Part shown: positions 21,201 through 37,388 of the stretch, piece after piece
How the letters are laid out: each line of letters opens with the position of its first letter
How positions within the stretch are numbered: position 1 is the stretch's first letter
Assembly: GCF_009914755.1 (NCBI RefSeq)
Contig: NC_060943.1
DNA length: 64,000 bases
Origin: the human T2T-CHM13v2.0 reference genome, Homo sapiens
Strand: one strand, 5' to 3'
Position numbers and translations under genes: made by a program
The notes under the pieces: model-generated
Databases searched by the model: none
What the model was told of the DNA's origin: nothing
The model's input: only the letters and a program-made list of their open reading frames with translations

Positions 21201-21344
21201 GGTTTTTCCACTCATGCACCACAGCGTTCTAAGCACAATTATGGAGACACCACTCTTTTGTAATGCACTGACACCATGTCACTGCACTTTAGTCTGGGCG
21301 ACAGAGTGAGATTCCGTCAAAAACAAACAAACAAACAAACAAAA

Positions 21345-21810
21345 CAAAAACGAAAACTCATCCAAATCAGAAAGAAAGAAATAAAATTGTATTTGTTTGT
21401 AGATGACATGATCTTCTGTGGAAAAAATCCAAAGAGTCAACCAAAATACTACTGGAACTAATAAACACATTCAGTGGATTTGCAGAATACAATATCAGCA
21501 GCAAAAATTAGTTGAATTTCCATACATTAACAATAAACAATTTTAAAAGAAAATTAAGAAAACCGTTCCATTTGCTAGAGAAATTTAAGTAAGAAATACT
21601 AAGGAATAAATGTAAAGAGGTGAGACGTTTGTACCTTGAAATCCACAAACACTGATCAAAATGATTAAAAACATATATAAATAGAGATAGAACCCATATT
21701 GATGGATTGGAAAAATTAATATTGCTAAATGATTATATAACCTAATGTGATTTAGATTCAACACGGTACCCATAAAAATCCCTATCAGATTGTGTTAAAG
21801 AAACAAAAAA
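21345..21810 (+). mobile_element. L1 ORF2 (RT) fragment, paralogous to 39820-40270
   Basis: Encodes LFVDDMI (L1 RT motif LFADDMI); colinear with the ZNF320 3' UTR L1. Confidence 0.8.
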
Positions 21811-22029
21811 CTGGCTGGGAAAAGTGGCACACGTCTGTTGGCCAGGCTGATCTCAAACTCCTGACCTCAAGGGATCTAACTGCCTTGGCCTCCCAAAGTG
21901 CTGGGATTACAGGCATGAGCCACCGTGCCTGGCCCAATCCTCTTAACATAAACACTTTAACATCAATTAATGCTTGAACTCAATGTTAAATCAACTCAAA
22001 CTCAAGTCAATGCTGAATTGACTCTAATG

Positions 22030-23367
<1,338 letters not shown>

Positions 23368-23706
23368 TCAAGCGATTCTCCTGCCTCAACCTTTCGAGTA
23401 GCTGGGACTGCAGGTGCACACCACCATGCCTGGCTAAGTTTTGTATTTTTAGTAGAGACAGGGTTTTGTGATGCTGGCCAGACTGGTCTCGAACTCCTTA
23501 CTGCAAAAAAATGAATATATAATACATAGAAGTATATGTATTTCTATGAAATATATAACACATAGAAATGAATAAGTTGAAAGCCTCTGTGTCTTAAACA
23601 AATGACAGTAGAACTAAAATATGGGAAGGTCGGGCACGGTGGTTCACACCTGTAATCCCAGCACTTTGGAAGTCCAAGGCAGGTGGATCATGAGGTCAGG
23701 AGTTCA

Positions 23707-23955
<249 letters not shown>

Positions 23956-24242
23956 TCATTCAACCTCACAAGCTCCCTCAATAAGAATGATGAAAAGTGT
24001 AACTGTTACAGGGTTGATCCCACAACAAACTGAACAAAGCTTTTCTTGTTAAAAATGAACAATGCCAGGTGCGGTGGCTCAAGCCTGTAATCCCAGCACT
24101 TTAGAGGCCGAGGCGGGTGGGTATGGAGGTCAGGAGTTCGAGACGAGCCTGGCCAACATGGCAAAACCCTATCTCCACTAAAGATACAAAATAACATGCT
24201 GGGCATGGTGGCACGTGCCTGGAATCCCAGCTGTGTACATCA

Positions 24243-24470
<228 letters not shown>

Positions 24471-25648
24471 CTAAAATGAGAAACACGTTTAAATAAAACA
24501 TTATGGAGGCGTTATCACCTTCACACGAAATGAGAAATGGGAAATTAAGTATCGATTGGGCCAAAGAATATGTTCTGACAAACCCGTATTAAGGTATTTT
24601 TGAACATCTTTTCTCTATTGTTGCATTTTATTGTACTTTTCCATGAGAGATTTCAAGATCCCCTAAGTAAAAAATTTACAAATAAAAACTAAATATAGTG
24701 TTTTCTCTATAAATACGTTAGATATTATGTTCAGCCTAACACTTGATATTCATTATCTGGATGAGCTAAAATACAAGTGCAGTCTCAGAGATGACAAAGT
24801 CCAGTGGCCTAAAGAAAAGAAAGTCAGGGCCAGCCATAGTGGCTCAAGCGTGTAATCCCAGCACGTTGAGAAGTGGAGGGAGGCAGATCACAAGGTCAAG
24901 AGTTTGAGATCAGCCTGAACAACATGGTGAAAACTCCTCTTCTCCCAGGAGGCAGAGGATGCAGTGAGCCAAGATAACATCAGTGCACTATAGCTGGAGC
25001 AACAGAGAGATACTCCATCTCAATAAAATAAAAATAAAAATTGGCCAGGTGCGGTGGCTCACGCTTTCAATCTCAGCACTTTGGGAGGCCGAGGCAGGCA
25101 GATCATGATGTCAGGAGATCAAGACCATCCTGGCTAACACAGTGAAATCCCGTCTCTACTAAAAGTACAAAAAATTAGCCAGGCGTGGTGGCAGGCACCT
25201 GTAGTCCCAGCTACTCAGGAGGCTGAGGCAGAAGAATGGTGTGAACCTGGGAGGTAGAGCTTGCAGTGAGCCGAGATCGGGCCACTGCACGCCAGCCTGG
25301 GTGATAGAGCGAGACTCCTTCTCAAAAATAAAAAATAAAATTTTTAAAAAGGTGGGGCACAGTGGCTCATGCCTGCAATCCTGGCACTTTGGGAGGCCGA
25401 GGTGGGCAGATCACCTGAGGTCAGGAGTTGGAGACCAGCCTGGTCAAAGTGATGAAACAACGTCGCTACTAAAAATACAAAAATGAGCTGGGTGTGGTCG
25501 TGGGCACCTGTAATCCCAGCTACTGGGGAGCCTGAGGCAGAAGAATCGCTTGAACCCAGAAGGCAGAGGTTGCAGCAAGCTGAGATCGTGCTACTGGACT
25601 CCAGACTGGGTGAGAAGAACGGTACCCCATTTCAAATATATATATATG

Positions 25649-25743
25649 GTCTGGAGGGACATTTTCCTCACCCACAGACTCCAGGTTCCTGTAGTTCTCC
25701 CAAATCACGGCCCTGTATAAAGCGTTCTGTGCAGGGTCCAGGC
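25649..25743 (-). repeat. 95-bp copy of 24321-24415 (3' half of the KRAB exon plus donor and intron start)
   Basis: 92/95 identical; flanked by (TA)n on both sides. Confidence 0.95.
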
Positions 25744-25750
25744 TTTTTTT

Positions 25751-26466
25751 ATATATATATATATATATGTAATACATATATAATACATATATATTATACA
25801 TATATATTTATATATTATACATATATATTTATATATGATTATACATATATATTTATATGATCATACATATATTTATATATATGATTATACATATATTTAT
25901 ATATGAGATTATACATATATATTTATATATGATTATACATATATATTTATATATGATTATACATATATATTATATGATTATACATATATATTATACATAT
26001 ATTTATATATGATTATACACATATTTATATATATGATTATACACATATATTTATATATATGATTATACACATATATTTATATATATGATTATACACATAT
26101 ATTTATATATGATTATACACATATATTTATATATTATACATATATATTTATATATTATACATATATATTTATATATTATACATATATTTATATATATGAT
26201 TATACACATATATTTATATATGATTATACACATATATTTATATATTATACATATATATTTATATATTATACATATATTTATATATATGATTATACATATA
26301 TATTTATATATGATTATACATATTTATATATATGATTATACATATATATGATTATACATATATTTATATATATGATTATACATATATTTATATATATGAT
26401 TATACATATATTTATATATATGATTATACATATATTTATATATATGATTATACATATATATATATA
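25751..26466. repeat. AT-rich minisatellite, unit ~GATTATACA(C/T)ATATATTTATATAT
   Basis: ~715 bp of 20-26-nt imperfect units grown from an Alu tail. Confidence 0.95.
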
Positions 26467-27398
26467 AAATCATAAGGCTGGATGCAGTTACTCATGCGCT
26501 GGGTGCAGTGACTCATGCCTGTAATCCCAGCAATCTGGGAGGCCGAGGTGGGCAGATCACCTGAGGTCAGAACTGTGAAACCCCTCCTGCAGGAACCCTC
26601 CACATACATGTAGTGAAGTCAACACACTCAGAGGCAGCCAGGGTGGCATTCTTGGTAACGGTGAAAAACTGGGAAGGACTCACACGTCTTCATTCAGAAA
26701 ATGCTCCAAGGAGGATGAAAAACAGCAAACTATCTTGTTTCCTACCTTGAAAATGTGGAACATTTTAACACTTGCAGGATAAAATACCAGAACAAAACAT
26801 TTATCATGTCGAGCTCTTTGGCTCACGCATGTAATCCCAGTACTTTGGGAGGCCAAGGAGGGAGGATCACTTGAGGCCAGGAGTTTGAGACCAGCCTGGC
26901 CAATATGGAGAAACGCCATCTCTACTAAAAATATAACCATTAGCCAAGCATGATGGCACATACCTGTAATGCAGCTACTCAGTTGGCCGAGGCTAGAAAA
27001 TCATTTGAACCCATGAAGCAGAGGTTGCAATGTGCTAGTAAGTTCCAGCCTGTTGACAGGGTGAGACACCTGTCTCACAAAACATACAAAAAAAAAAAAA
27101 AAGAAAAGAAATGACTAACAGTGTCAGACGGCTGAATTATGATGTCACGACTACAGTTAAATAACAGTCAGGCAATACGGCAATTCTATATACACATATT
27201 GCCCTTAGTTATCTAGTTCACTATGCGTAAGATATAAAACATAGAATGTGTACTGGGAAAATTGATAAACTGGGATCAGAGAAAACATAGTATAAAACAA
27301 ATCATATAATAAAAACATAAAAAAAGATGCAGGCTCCCTGGTCTGGATGTTCATATTGGCCAAAAGCCATGTTTGGATTTAATTAATTAATTAATTAA

Positions 27399-27593
<195 letters not shown>

Positions 27594-27647
27594 TAGACGG
27601 GGTTTCACCATGTTGGCCAGGCTGGTCTTGAACTCCTGACCTCATGA

Positions 27648-27758
<111 letters not shown>

Positions 27759-27842
27759 TGAGATAATTTGGTCATGGGTGTTGACTACTCATGAATAGGA
27801 CCAGTGCTTTTATTTTTATTTTTTTTCTTTCTTTATTTTTGA

Positions 27843-28169
<327 letters not shown>

Positions 28170-30133
28170 TGATCTCAAACTCCTCACCTCAAGCAATCTA
28201 CCCCCATCAGCCTCCCAAAGTGCTGGGATTAGAGGTGTGAGCCACCATGGCCAGCCAGTCTACGTTTCTGACAGGACAGTGAAATGACGGAGACAGGAAA
28301 AGGAGCATGTCATCATCAACATTGCTGAAGGCTGACAACTCTTATTACACAAAGGCAGTTTACAGCCTGTCATATAAAAGCTGCAATGTGTGAAGCCATC
28401 TAATAGCACTAACTTGTTTAAAAACCTGGAGGCATCCAGGCGCGGTGGCTCACGCTTGTAATCCCAACACTTTGGAAGACCGCGGTGGGTGGATCACCTG
28501 AGGTCGGGAGTTCGAGAGCAGTCTGACTGACATGGAAAAACCCTGTCTCTACTTCAAATACAAAATTAGCTGGGTGTGGTGGTACATGCCTGTAATCCCA
28601 GCTACTTGGGAGCCTCAGGCAGGAGAATCGCTCGAACCCCCGGGGCGGAGGTTGTGGTGAGCTCGGATTGCGCCACTGTAGTCCAGCCTGGGCAAGAAGA
28701 GCGAAACTCTGTCAAAAAAAAAAAAAAATCTGGAGGCAAATTAACATTATTTCTCAAATAAGTTCTCAAATAAGTACAGCAGGCCCACAGTGTTCATGTA
28801 CATGACCCCAATTTGCACATACAGTAAGTGAGGGACAAACTTGATTCTTGGCCTGAAGGATCCCACGACATGTTTCTAAGCAAAATAGTCCACCAAGAAA
28901 GTACAGAAAACAACCAGTCACAAAAAATGCTGCAAGGAGAACAGAATGAAATACTACAAGGGGGATACAAGCAAGGGCTGAGCTGGGACACAAGCGCTGA
29001 GCTGCGCTGCTGACAGTGGTTCTGAAGCCATCCCTCATGGATCATGTGCTGAGTCATGATGCCCTGCACACACTGATTTAAGCGGCCTCCAATAATTTTG
29101 TCCAGTGGATGAATAAGGTCTTGACTTACTCAGTGAGAGTAGTGTTGGAGGGGAGGGGCTCACGGGGAAATTGGGGTGTTCACTTTTACAAAGTCAATAG
29201 GCTGGTATTTGCATCCAGATCAATGTATCATGTGAGTCAAGGCCAGGAAAGGAAGGGCAAGGGTGGAGAGCAGGAAGTAATGGGCATGTAGGAGTGAACT
29301 TTGTGCATGCACCTCTGTGGGAATATAATTCCACTAGGATAGACCAAATCTTGAGCTTGGAAGAAAGTGGAACTAATTTAGCAAATGGTAAAATATTGAC
29401 CCAAGGTTAAATATGCAAATTACAATATGGGCAAGGGACAAGAATGAAAGAGATCCAAAAAAGCAGCAGTATGGTGGCCTAAGGTGAAAGCAGTTTTACA
29501 TCTCTTAAATTAAATGGCCTCTGATACCTAGTTTCAAGAGTATACACAACAATATACCAAGTATAGATTCCAGAATTTCATACACACAGAAAAAAATGAG
29601 TAAAGTCTATGAGGAGTGCAGCAGCGAAGGAGACCATGGATGTGAAGAATTCCCTGGCTGAGTAGGTAGAGCTGTGTTTGTGAAAACAGAGACAGACTGA
29701 GCGCAGTGGCTCATGCCTGTAATAACAATAATAATAATAATGACAGGTTTTTTTTCTTTTTTTGAGATGGAGGGTCACTCTTTTGCCCAGGCTGGAGTGT
29801 AGTGGTGTGATCTCGGCTCACTGCAACCCCTGCCACCCAGGTTCAAGCAATTCTCTTGCCTCAGCCTCCTGAGTAGCTGGGATAACAGGTGCCTGCCACC
29901 GGGCCTGGCTAAATTTTCTATTTATTTATTTATGTATTTATAGAGACAGAGTCTTCCTCTCTCACCCAGGCTGGAATGCAATGGTGCGATCTCGGCACAC
30001 TGCAACTTCCGTCTAATGGTTTCACGCCATTCTCCTGCCTCAGCCTCCTGAGTAGCTGGGACTACAGGCACCCGCCACCACATCTGGCTAATGTTTTTTG
30101 TATTTCATTAGAGATGGGGTTTCACCGTGTTAG

Positions 30134-30361
<228 letters not shown>

Positions 30362-31191
30362 TAACTCATTATTGTGATAGTTGATGACAATGAAAAATAC
30401 TTAAAATAGCCAGGTGCGGTGGCTCACACCTGTAAACCCAGCACTTTGTGAGGCCGAGGTGGATGGATCACGAGGTCAGGAGATCAAGACCATCCTGGCT
30501 AACACGGTGAAACCTCGTCTCTACTAAAAATACAAAAATTAGCTGGGCATGGTGGCAGGCACCTGTAGTCACAGCTACTCAGGAGGCTGAGGCAGGAGAA
30601 TGGTGTGAACCTGGAAGCGGAGCTTGCAGTGAGCCAAGATCGGGCCACTACACTCCAGCCTGGGCAACAGAGCCAGACTCCGTCTCAAAAAAAAAAAAAA
30701 AAAGAAAAATACTTAAGATCATTACAATTATTATAAAAAATAAAACTTATGGCAAATGTTGTGTTTTCTACATAAACCATAGGTTTATCCATCCATGTAT
30801 TTATGCACACACATCACATCATGCCATTACACGTGTGGTGGTGCACACCTCTAGTCCCAGCTACTCGAGGTGCTCAGGCAAAAGAATCACTGTAATCCAG
30901 GAGGCAGAGGCTACAGTGAGCCTAAATCTCACTACTGTACTCCAGCCTGGGCAACAGAGGGAGACTCAACTAAAAAAAATAAAATATAATCAATGATGTG
31001 ATAAAGCATTCTACACCACTGATGTGTATCTTCACTTTCCATTCCATTCCAAGTCATTAAAAATGCAGAGTCTAGCCTGGCATGGTGGCTCAGGCCTGTA
31101 ATCCCAGCACTTTGGGAGGCTGAGGTGAAAAAACACAAGGTCAGGATTTCCCGACCAGCCTGACCAATATGGTGAAATCCCATCTCTACTA

Positions 31192-31500
<309 letters not shown>

Positions 31501-31503
31501 CTA

Positions 31504-31740
<237 letters not shown>

Positions 31741-31868
31741 CTAAAACCATCTTGTATATTCCTGAGCAAAAGAAACTTCTTTCGAGGTCTACGGTTCTGA
31801 TGGCATCAATCCCAAACATGTAATTACTCACTCCCAGAAAATCACAGAAATATGTTCAAAATGTACAC

Positions 31869-31948
31869 ATTGTGAACACATAGCTGCAGGTGTTTAAAAC
31901 ACTGAAAAATTGTGCACACATAGCTCTAGGTGCTTAAAACACTGAAAA
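31869..31948. repeat. 40-bp tandem duplication
   Basis: attgtg(a/c)acacatagct..aggtg.ttaaaacactgaaaa twice; single copy in the homologous blocks at ~36140 and ~55075. Confidence 0.85.
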
Positions 31949-32532
31949 AGAGGCAGCTGTAGCAATGAGATCTGAGCAAATGCTTTTCTCATGAACACAT
32001 GGGCTCTGCTAAACCAAGGTTCCAAGTCAATCCAGCCCATCCTTCAACATCTGCAGAGAATATTATGGACCAGAGGGATTTAAATTAATTATGTTACAAA
32101 GAGAGGAAGCAACACGTCATCACTTCATCATCACATCCAATCAACTCACCGCTCATCTGCACCCAGGGTCCCCCTTCGTCTTCATTACTGTTTCCCTCCA
32201 TCATTCTGTACATAGCTCTCATTCTCACCTTCTCTGAAATTGGGATTAGCCAGGTGTGGTAGCACCTGCCTGTCATCCTGGCTCCTTGAGAGGCTAATGT
32301 GGGTATCACTTGAGCCCACGAATTTGAGGCTGCTGTAAACTAGAATTGTTCCATTGCACTCCAGAAAGGGCCCCAAAGTGACACCCTCTTTCTTAAAAAA
32401 GAAAGTTTGGAGTCAGAGACATATTGACTCACTGGTGTAGCTTCAAATCCATTACAAAAGCAGACACAAAATATCTCCCATAGTTTGTTTCCTTTTCCAG
32501 AATTTACCAGATACCAGTGTATATTAATGTAC

Positions 32533-33828
32533 TGAAGGGGGCCTGCCCCTCCACACCTGTGGGTATTCCTCAGAAGGTGGAGATAAGAGACTGAGAAAAG
32601 AAATAAGACACAGGGACAAAGTATAGAGGGAGAAAAGTGGGTCCGGGGGAGCAGCGCTCAGCAAGTGAGGACCTGCACCGGCATCGACCTCTGAGTTCCC
32701 TCAGTATTTATTATTTATTTATTTATTTGAGACAGAGTTTTGCTCTGTCACGCAGGTGGAGTGCAGTGGCATGGTTTCGGCTCACTGAAACCTCCGCCTC
32801 CCGGGTTCATGCCATTCTCCTGCCTCAGCCTCCCAAGTAGCTGGAACTACAGGTGCCCACCACCGGGCCCGGCTAATTTTTTCTATTTTTAGTAGAGACG
32901 GGGTTTCATCGTGTTAACCAGGATGGTCTCAATCTCCTGACCTCGTGATCCGCCTGCCTCGGCCTCCCAAATTGCTGGGATTACAGGCGTGAGCCACCGC
33001 GCCCAGCCTCTCTCAGTATTTATTGATCACTATCTCTACTATCTTGGTGAGGGGAATGTAGCAGGACTATAGGGTGATGGTGAGGAGAGGGTCAGCAGGA
33101 AAACACGTGAGCAAAGGACCCTGTGTCATAAATAAGTTTAAGGAAATGTGCTCTGCCTGGATGTGCATGTAGGCCAGGTTTATGTTTGACTTTACACAAA
33201 CATCTCAGTGCAGTAAAGAGCAGTATTGCTGCCAGCATGTCTCACCTCCAGCCATAGGGCGGTTTTCTCCTATCTCAGTAAATAGAATGTACAATCGGGT
33301 TTTACACCGAGACATTCCGTTCCCAGGGAGGAGCAGGAGACAGATGCCTTCCTCTTATCTCAACTGCAAAGAGGCCTTTCTCTTTCGCTAATCCTCCTCA
33401 GCACAGGCCCTTGTCGGGCTGAGGGACCTGTAAGGTCTTTCCCTTCCCATAAGGCCATATCTCAGGCTGTCTCCATTGGGGGAAACCTGGACAATACCCA
33501 GGCTTTCTTGGGCAGAGGTCCCTGCAGCTTTCTGCAGTGCATTTGTGTCCCTGGTTAATCAAGAATGGAGAATGGCGATGCCTTTCACAAAGCATATTGC
33601 CTGCAAGAACTTTTTAAACAAAGCACATCCTGCACAGCCCGAGATCCATTAAATCTTGATTCAACACAGCACATGTTTCTGTGAGCACAGGGTTGGGGCT
33701 AAGGTTACAGATTAACAGCATCTCAAAGCAGAACAATTTTTCTTAGTACAGATCAAAATGGGGTTTCTTATATCTTCCTTTTCTACATAGACACAGTAAC
33801 AATCTGATCTCTCTTTTATTCCCCCACA
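32533..33828 (-). mobile_element. HERV-K(HML-2) solo LTR (LTR5A/B-like) with a nested Alu
   Basis: Minus-strand TGTGGGG...CCCTTCA termini; flanks ATGTAC / ACGTAT fit a CpG-decayed 6-bp TSD; related to 7352-8340. Confidence 0.9.
32713..33008 (-). mobile_element. Alu (AluY/Sc-like) inserted in the LTR5
   Basis: 16-bp TSD tc(c/t)ctcagtatttatt at 32697-32712 and 33009-33024. Confidence 0.9.
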
Positions 33829-34199
33829 ACGTATGACTTTCATACACAGTTTCTCTGATCTGGTCCACAAAGAGCTAAACGTCCATCCAGATGTGGCCCT
33901 TGAACAAACCCTGCTGCCCAACATCACTGACACCATGGGGCCCACACCCCATTTCCATCCATGCCTGGTGTGAGCCCTTCCCAGGACCATGCCCAGTGGA
34001 GCCTCTTCCCAAGCTCACATCACTAGGTTATAGGAGATGGAATTTAAGTGAAGATGACAAGGACTGAGAAAAGGCATGGGTGAGTGTGAGCAAACGTGTG
34101 AGGCAGGACGCTTCAGACTCACAGGAGACTGACTACTACAATACCTGGCATTTCAGAAAGGAAAGAGACAGAAGAATCCAATGAGAAATATCACTTCAC

Positions 34200-34280
34200 C
34201 TGAGGAAGAGCCATCCCTGGCTCCTTTTCTTTGCCTTCTTGGTGTCTTCCTCAAGTAACATAAGTCTCTGGAAATCAATC
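34200..34280 (-). pseudogene. Start-codon exon of the third paralog (MALPQ at 34200-34214)
   Basis: catacag| acceptor, ATGGCTCTTCCTCAG|gtgaag donor. An upstream ATG at 34259-34261 lies 47 nt 5' and is out of frame (relic of an MLREE-type extension). Confidence 0.85.
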
Positions 34281-34999
34281 CTGTATGTGAAAAAAATCAG
34301 AGATTTAATGTTTAGAAATCACTCCCTCCTTTTCTGTGGCAAAACACACACACGGGAGATCTCACCTGGGAGAAAGACAGCCCTCTGCTGCCCACTACAC
34401 CAGAGATTATGCGGAGATAAGAAGGTGCCACAGGAAGACCTACAAGGGTAATTTTGACCCATTTTCAGATCTTTCTCCCCTCCTGGAAAAGTCCACACAC
34501 ACGCTGCAGCAGGACACAGACCTTCAGGACACAGATCTGGCCCTAACCAAACCCCATGCAGAGCACAGCCCCCTCAGCTCCCTGTGGATCACAGGCTGAT
34601 CTCAGCTCTCAACATGGAGGAAACTGCCTTGATTTTCAATGCTGGAGACAGATAAGGATCACCAGTGCCATAGTAAATATTACTGAGGGTGGGTTTAAAT
34701 CTATGATAATAGCAATCTCTGATAAAACAGCATAAAAGATGTATTTGCAAAATGCCTGAGAACCCTAATGTGAAGTCAGGGTTGAGCTCCACTCAGTGGG
34801 TGCCAGCCTAGCACAGCCCCACCTTCTGGCTCTGCTCTCCACTTGGGGACTTTTTCCCACCAGGATCCAGTGAACAGCGAAGGAGCAAAAAGAATCACAC
34901 AGAACAGGCAACATGGATCAGAGGTGGGGGTGAAGGTGGGGCTGTCATGTCATATGGGGGCTGTGGGTGATCACAAAAGTTTCCATAGAAAAAAGTGAT

Positions 35000-35640
35000 G
35001 TCAGAACAAAGACTTAGGGAAGAAACGCTGCTTGTCACTTGCAGCTGAGGGGCCAGAGAGTCCTAGGTAGGGGGACAGCCCAGGTGAAGGCCCTGAGATA
35101 GGAGCAACCTCAGTCCCAGAAAAAGGAAAGAAGCCTGCGTGGCTGGAGCAGAGGGAGCGAGGAGGACACAGGCAGGAGATGAAGTCAGAGGGGTCCTGGG
35201 AGCCCAGATCTGCAGGGATGAGGCCTTGAAACATTTTTCTCCCACACCTCAAAGGAATTTTGGAAACGATGTATTTTCTCACTCCTTTCATGTATACATG
35301 CAAATGTCTCTTTACATTATAAATGACAACACTTACAAATAATGTAATTTATCTCCCATACTTAAAATACATGCTGTCAAGTTTGGCTAAGCTTCCAGAA
35401 ATACACTGTCACCCTCATCTGAGACATGTAGGACTGTAAGGGAATGTGTTTGGGGGTTTAGGAAGTCACTTATGGACACGTGAAGGTGGAGATGCCTGTT
35501 TGATGTCCCAGCAGAGAGCTGAGGAGACAACTGCACACAGGATTGTAGAGCTCAGTGGAGAGGCCTGCAGGGGACATGGGTAGGTGGGTTAAAGCTGTGA
35601 GATGAGATAAGGAAAAGCAGTGGGTGTGGACAGAGACAAG
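35000..35640 (-). mobile_element. L2 fragments
   Basis: 'aaggccctgag...tggctggagcagag...gagatgaagtcagag' and 'gagatgcct...gagctcag' L2 signatures. Confidence 0.55.
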
Positions 35641-37388
35641 AATAAGTTCAAGATGATTTGAGTCTAATCCCGTTTTTCCATTCTGGTATTTGTGATTTTT
35701 ACATTTTTGGAGGACTGGAATCCATTTAACATTCAAATTACATCTGAGCAGTACCCTCTCCTAAAGGAAAAGCCACACACTATTTGGCAAAGTATTTCAG
35801 GGCTCAGTGAAATTCCATCTCTACCAAAAGTACAAAAAATTAGCCAGGTGTGGTGGTGTGCATCTGTGGTCTCAGCCATTTGAGGGGCTGACTGTGGTGG
35901 ATCTTTGGGCCTGGGAGGCAGAGGTTGCAGTGAGTCAAGATGGTGCCACTGCACTCAAGCATGGGTGACCGAGTGACACTCCATCTCAAAAAAAGAAAAA
36001 AAAAAAATTCCAGGACAATTTTATACACCTGAGCAAATGAAATGTCTCTTTCAATGTCTAAGGTCCTGATGGCATGAATCCTAAACATGTAATTATTTTC
36101 CCAGAAAAATCATAGTAATATCTTCAAAATAAACACAATTATGAATCCCTAGCTATAGGTGTTTAAAACACTGAAAGAGAGGCAGTGGTACAAATGAGAT
36201 CTGAGCAAATGTTTTCTTCATGAACACATGGGCTCTGCTGGAACAAGGTTCCAGGCCAATCCTGTCCATCCTTGAACATCTGCAAAGAATATTATGGACC
36301 AGAGGAACTTGAGGGGAAAGCTTATTTAGCAGCTCACAGCTCACCATTTAATTAGATGACATAAAGAAAGAAGATGGAATAATAGGCTACTTCAACTAAA
36401 TTTTAATGTTAGCATAAAGAAAAAGTTCCTTGATATCTTTATCAAGTACACATCGAAACAACCTAAAATCATTTATCAGGTACTAGAAAATGTTTCCAAT
36501 GTATGATACAGACTAGAAAGCATGCAGTCCTCAATGTAAACTAAACACAATAAATTTCAGAGAAAAACAATTTTAAAATGGCTTAAAAATATATCTAATG
36601 AAATGTGGGGTCAAAGAAGAACATTTTGAACACATACCGTAGTTGCAAAACAATGATGTTACCTCGTAAGATTATACCAAAGCTTTCATGAGAAGCAGTT
36701 TTTTATATTACTTTAATTTTATTTTAGAGATGGAGTCTCGCTCTTGCCCAGCCAGAGTGCAGTTGCAGGATCTCAGCTCACTGCAACCTCCGCCTCCCGA
36801 ATTCAAGCCATTCTTCTGCCTCACCCTCCTGAATAGCTGGGATTACAGGCACTCGCCACCACACCAGGCTAATTTCTATATTTTGGTCAAAACGAGGATT
36901 CGCCATGTTAGCCAGGCTGTTCTCAAATACTTGATCTCAGGTGATCTGCCCACCTTGGCCTCCCAAAGTGCTGGGATTACAGGCATGAGCCAGAGCACCT
37001 GGTCTATTTTTTTTTTTTTAATTAAGAAACACGTTGGTCATGGTGGCTCATGGCTGTAATCCCAGCACCTTGGGAGGCCAATACGGCTGGATCGCTTGAG
37101 CCCTGGAATTCAAGACCAGCTCGGGCAACATGGTGAAAGCCCATCTCTACTAGGAACACAAAAATTTGCCCGGTGCGGTGGCACCTGGCTATGGTCCTAG
37201 CAACTTTGGAGGCTGAGGTGGGAGGATCCCTTGAACCCAGGAGATTGAAGCTTCAGTGAGGGCTGATCCTGTCACCGCTCTCATGCCTGGCCAACAGAAT
37301 GAGACCCATCTTTAATAGAAATGAAGAAAAAGGAAACACATGCGTCCTGGGTCTGGGGACAGGGAGAGTCTAAGGCCAATTAACACGA

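Noticed and set aside
26085-26351. 88-aa I/H/Y/L repeat ORF, and a CRISPR-like look to the repeat
   Set aside because: Translation of the AT minisatellite; no unique spacers; eukaryotic context.
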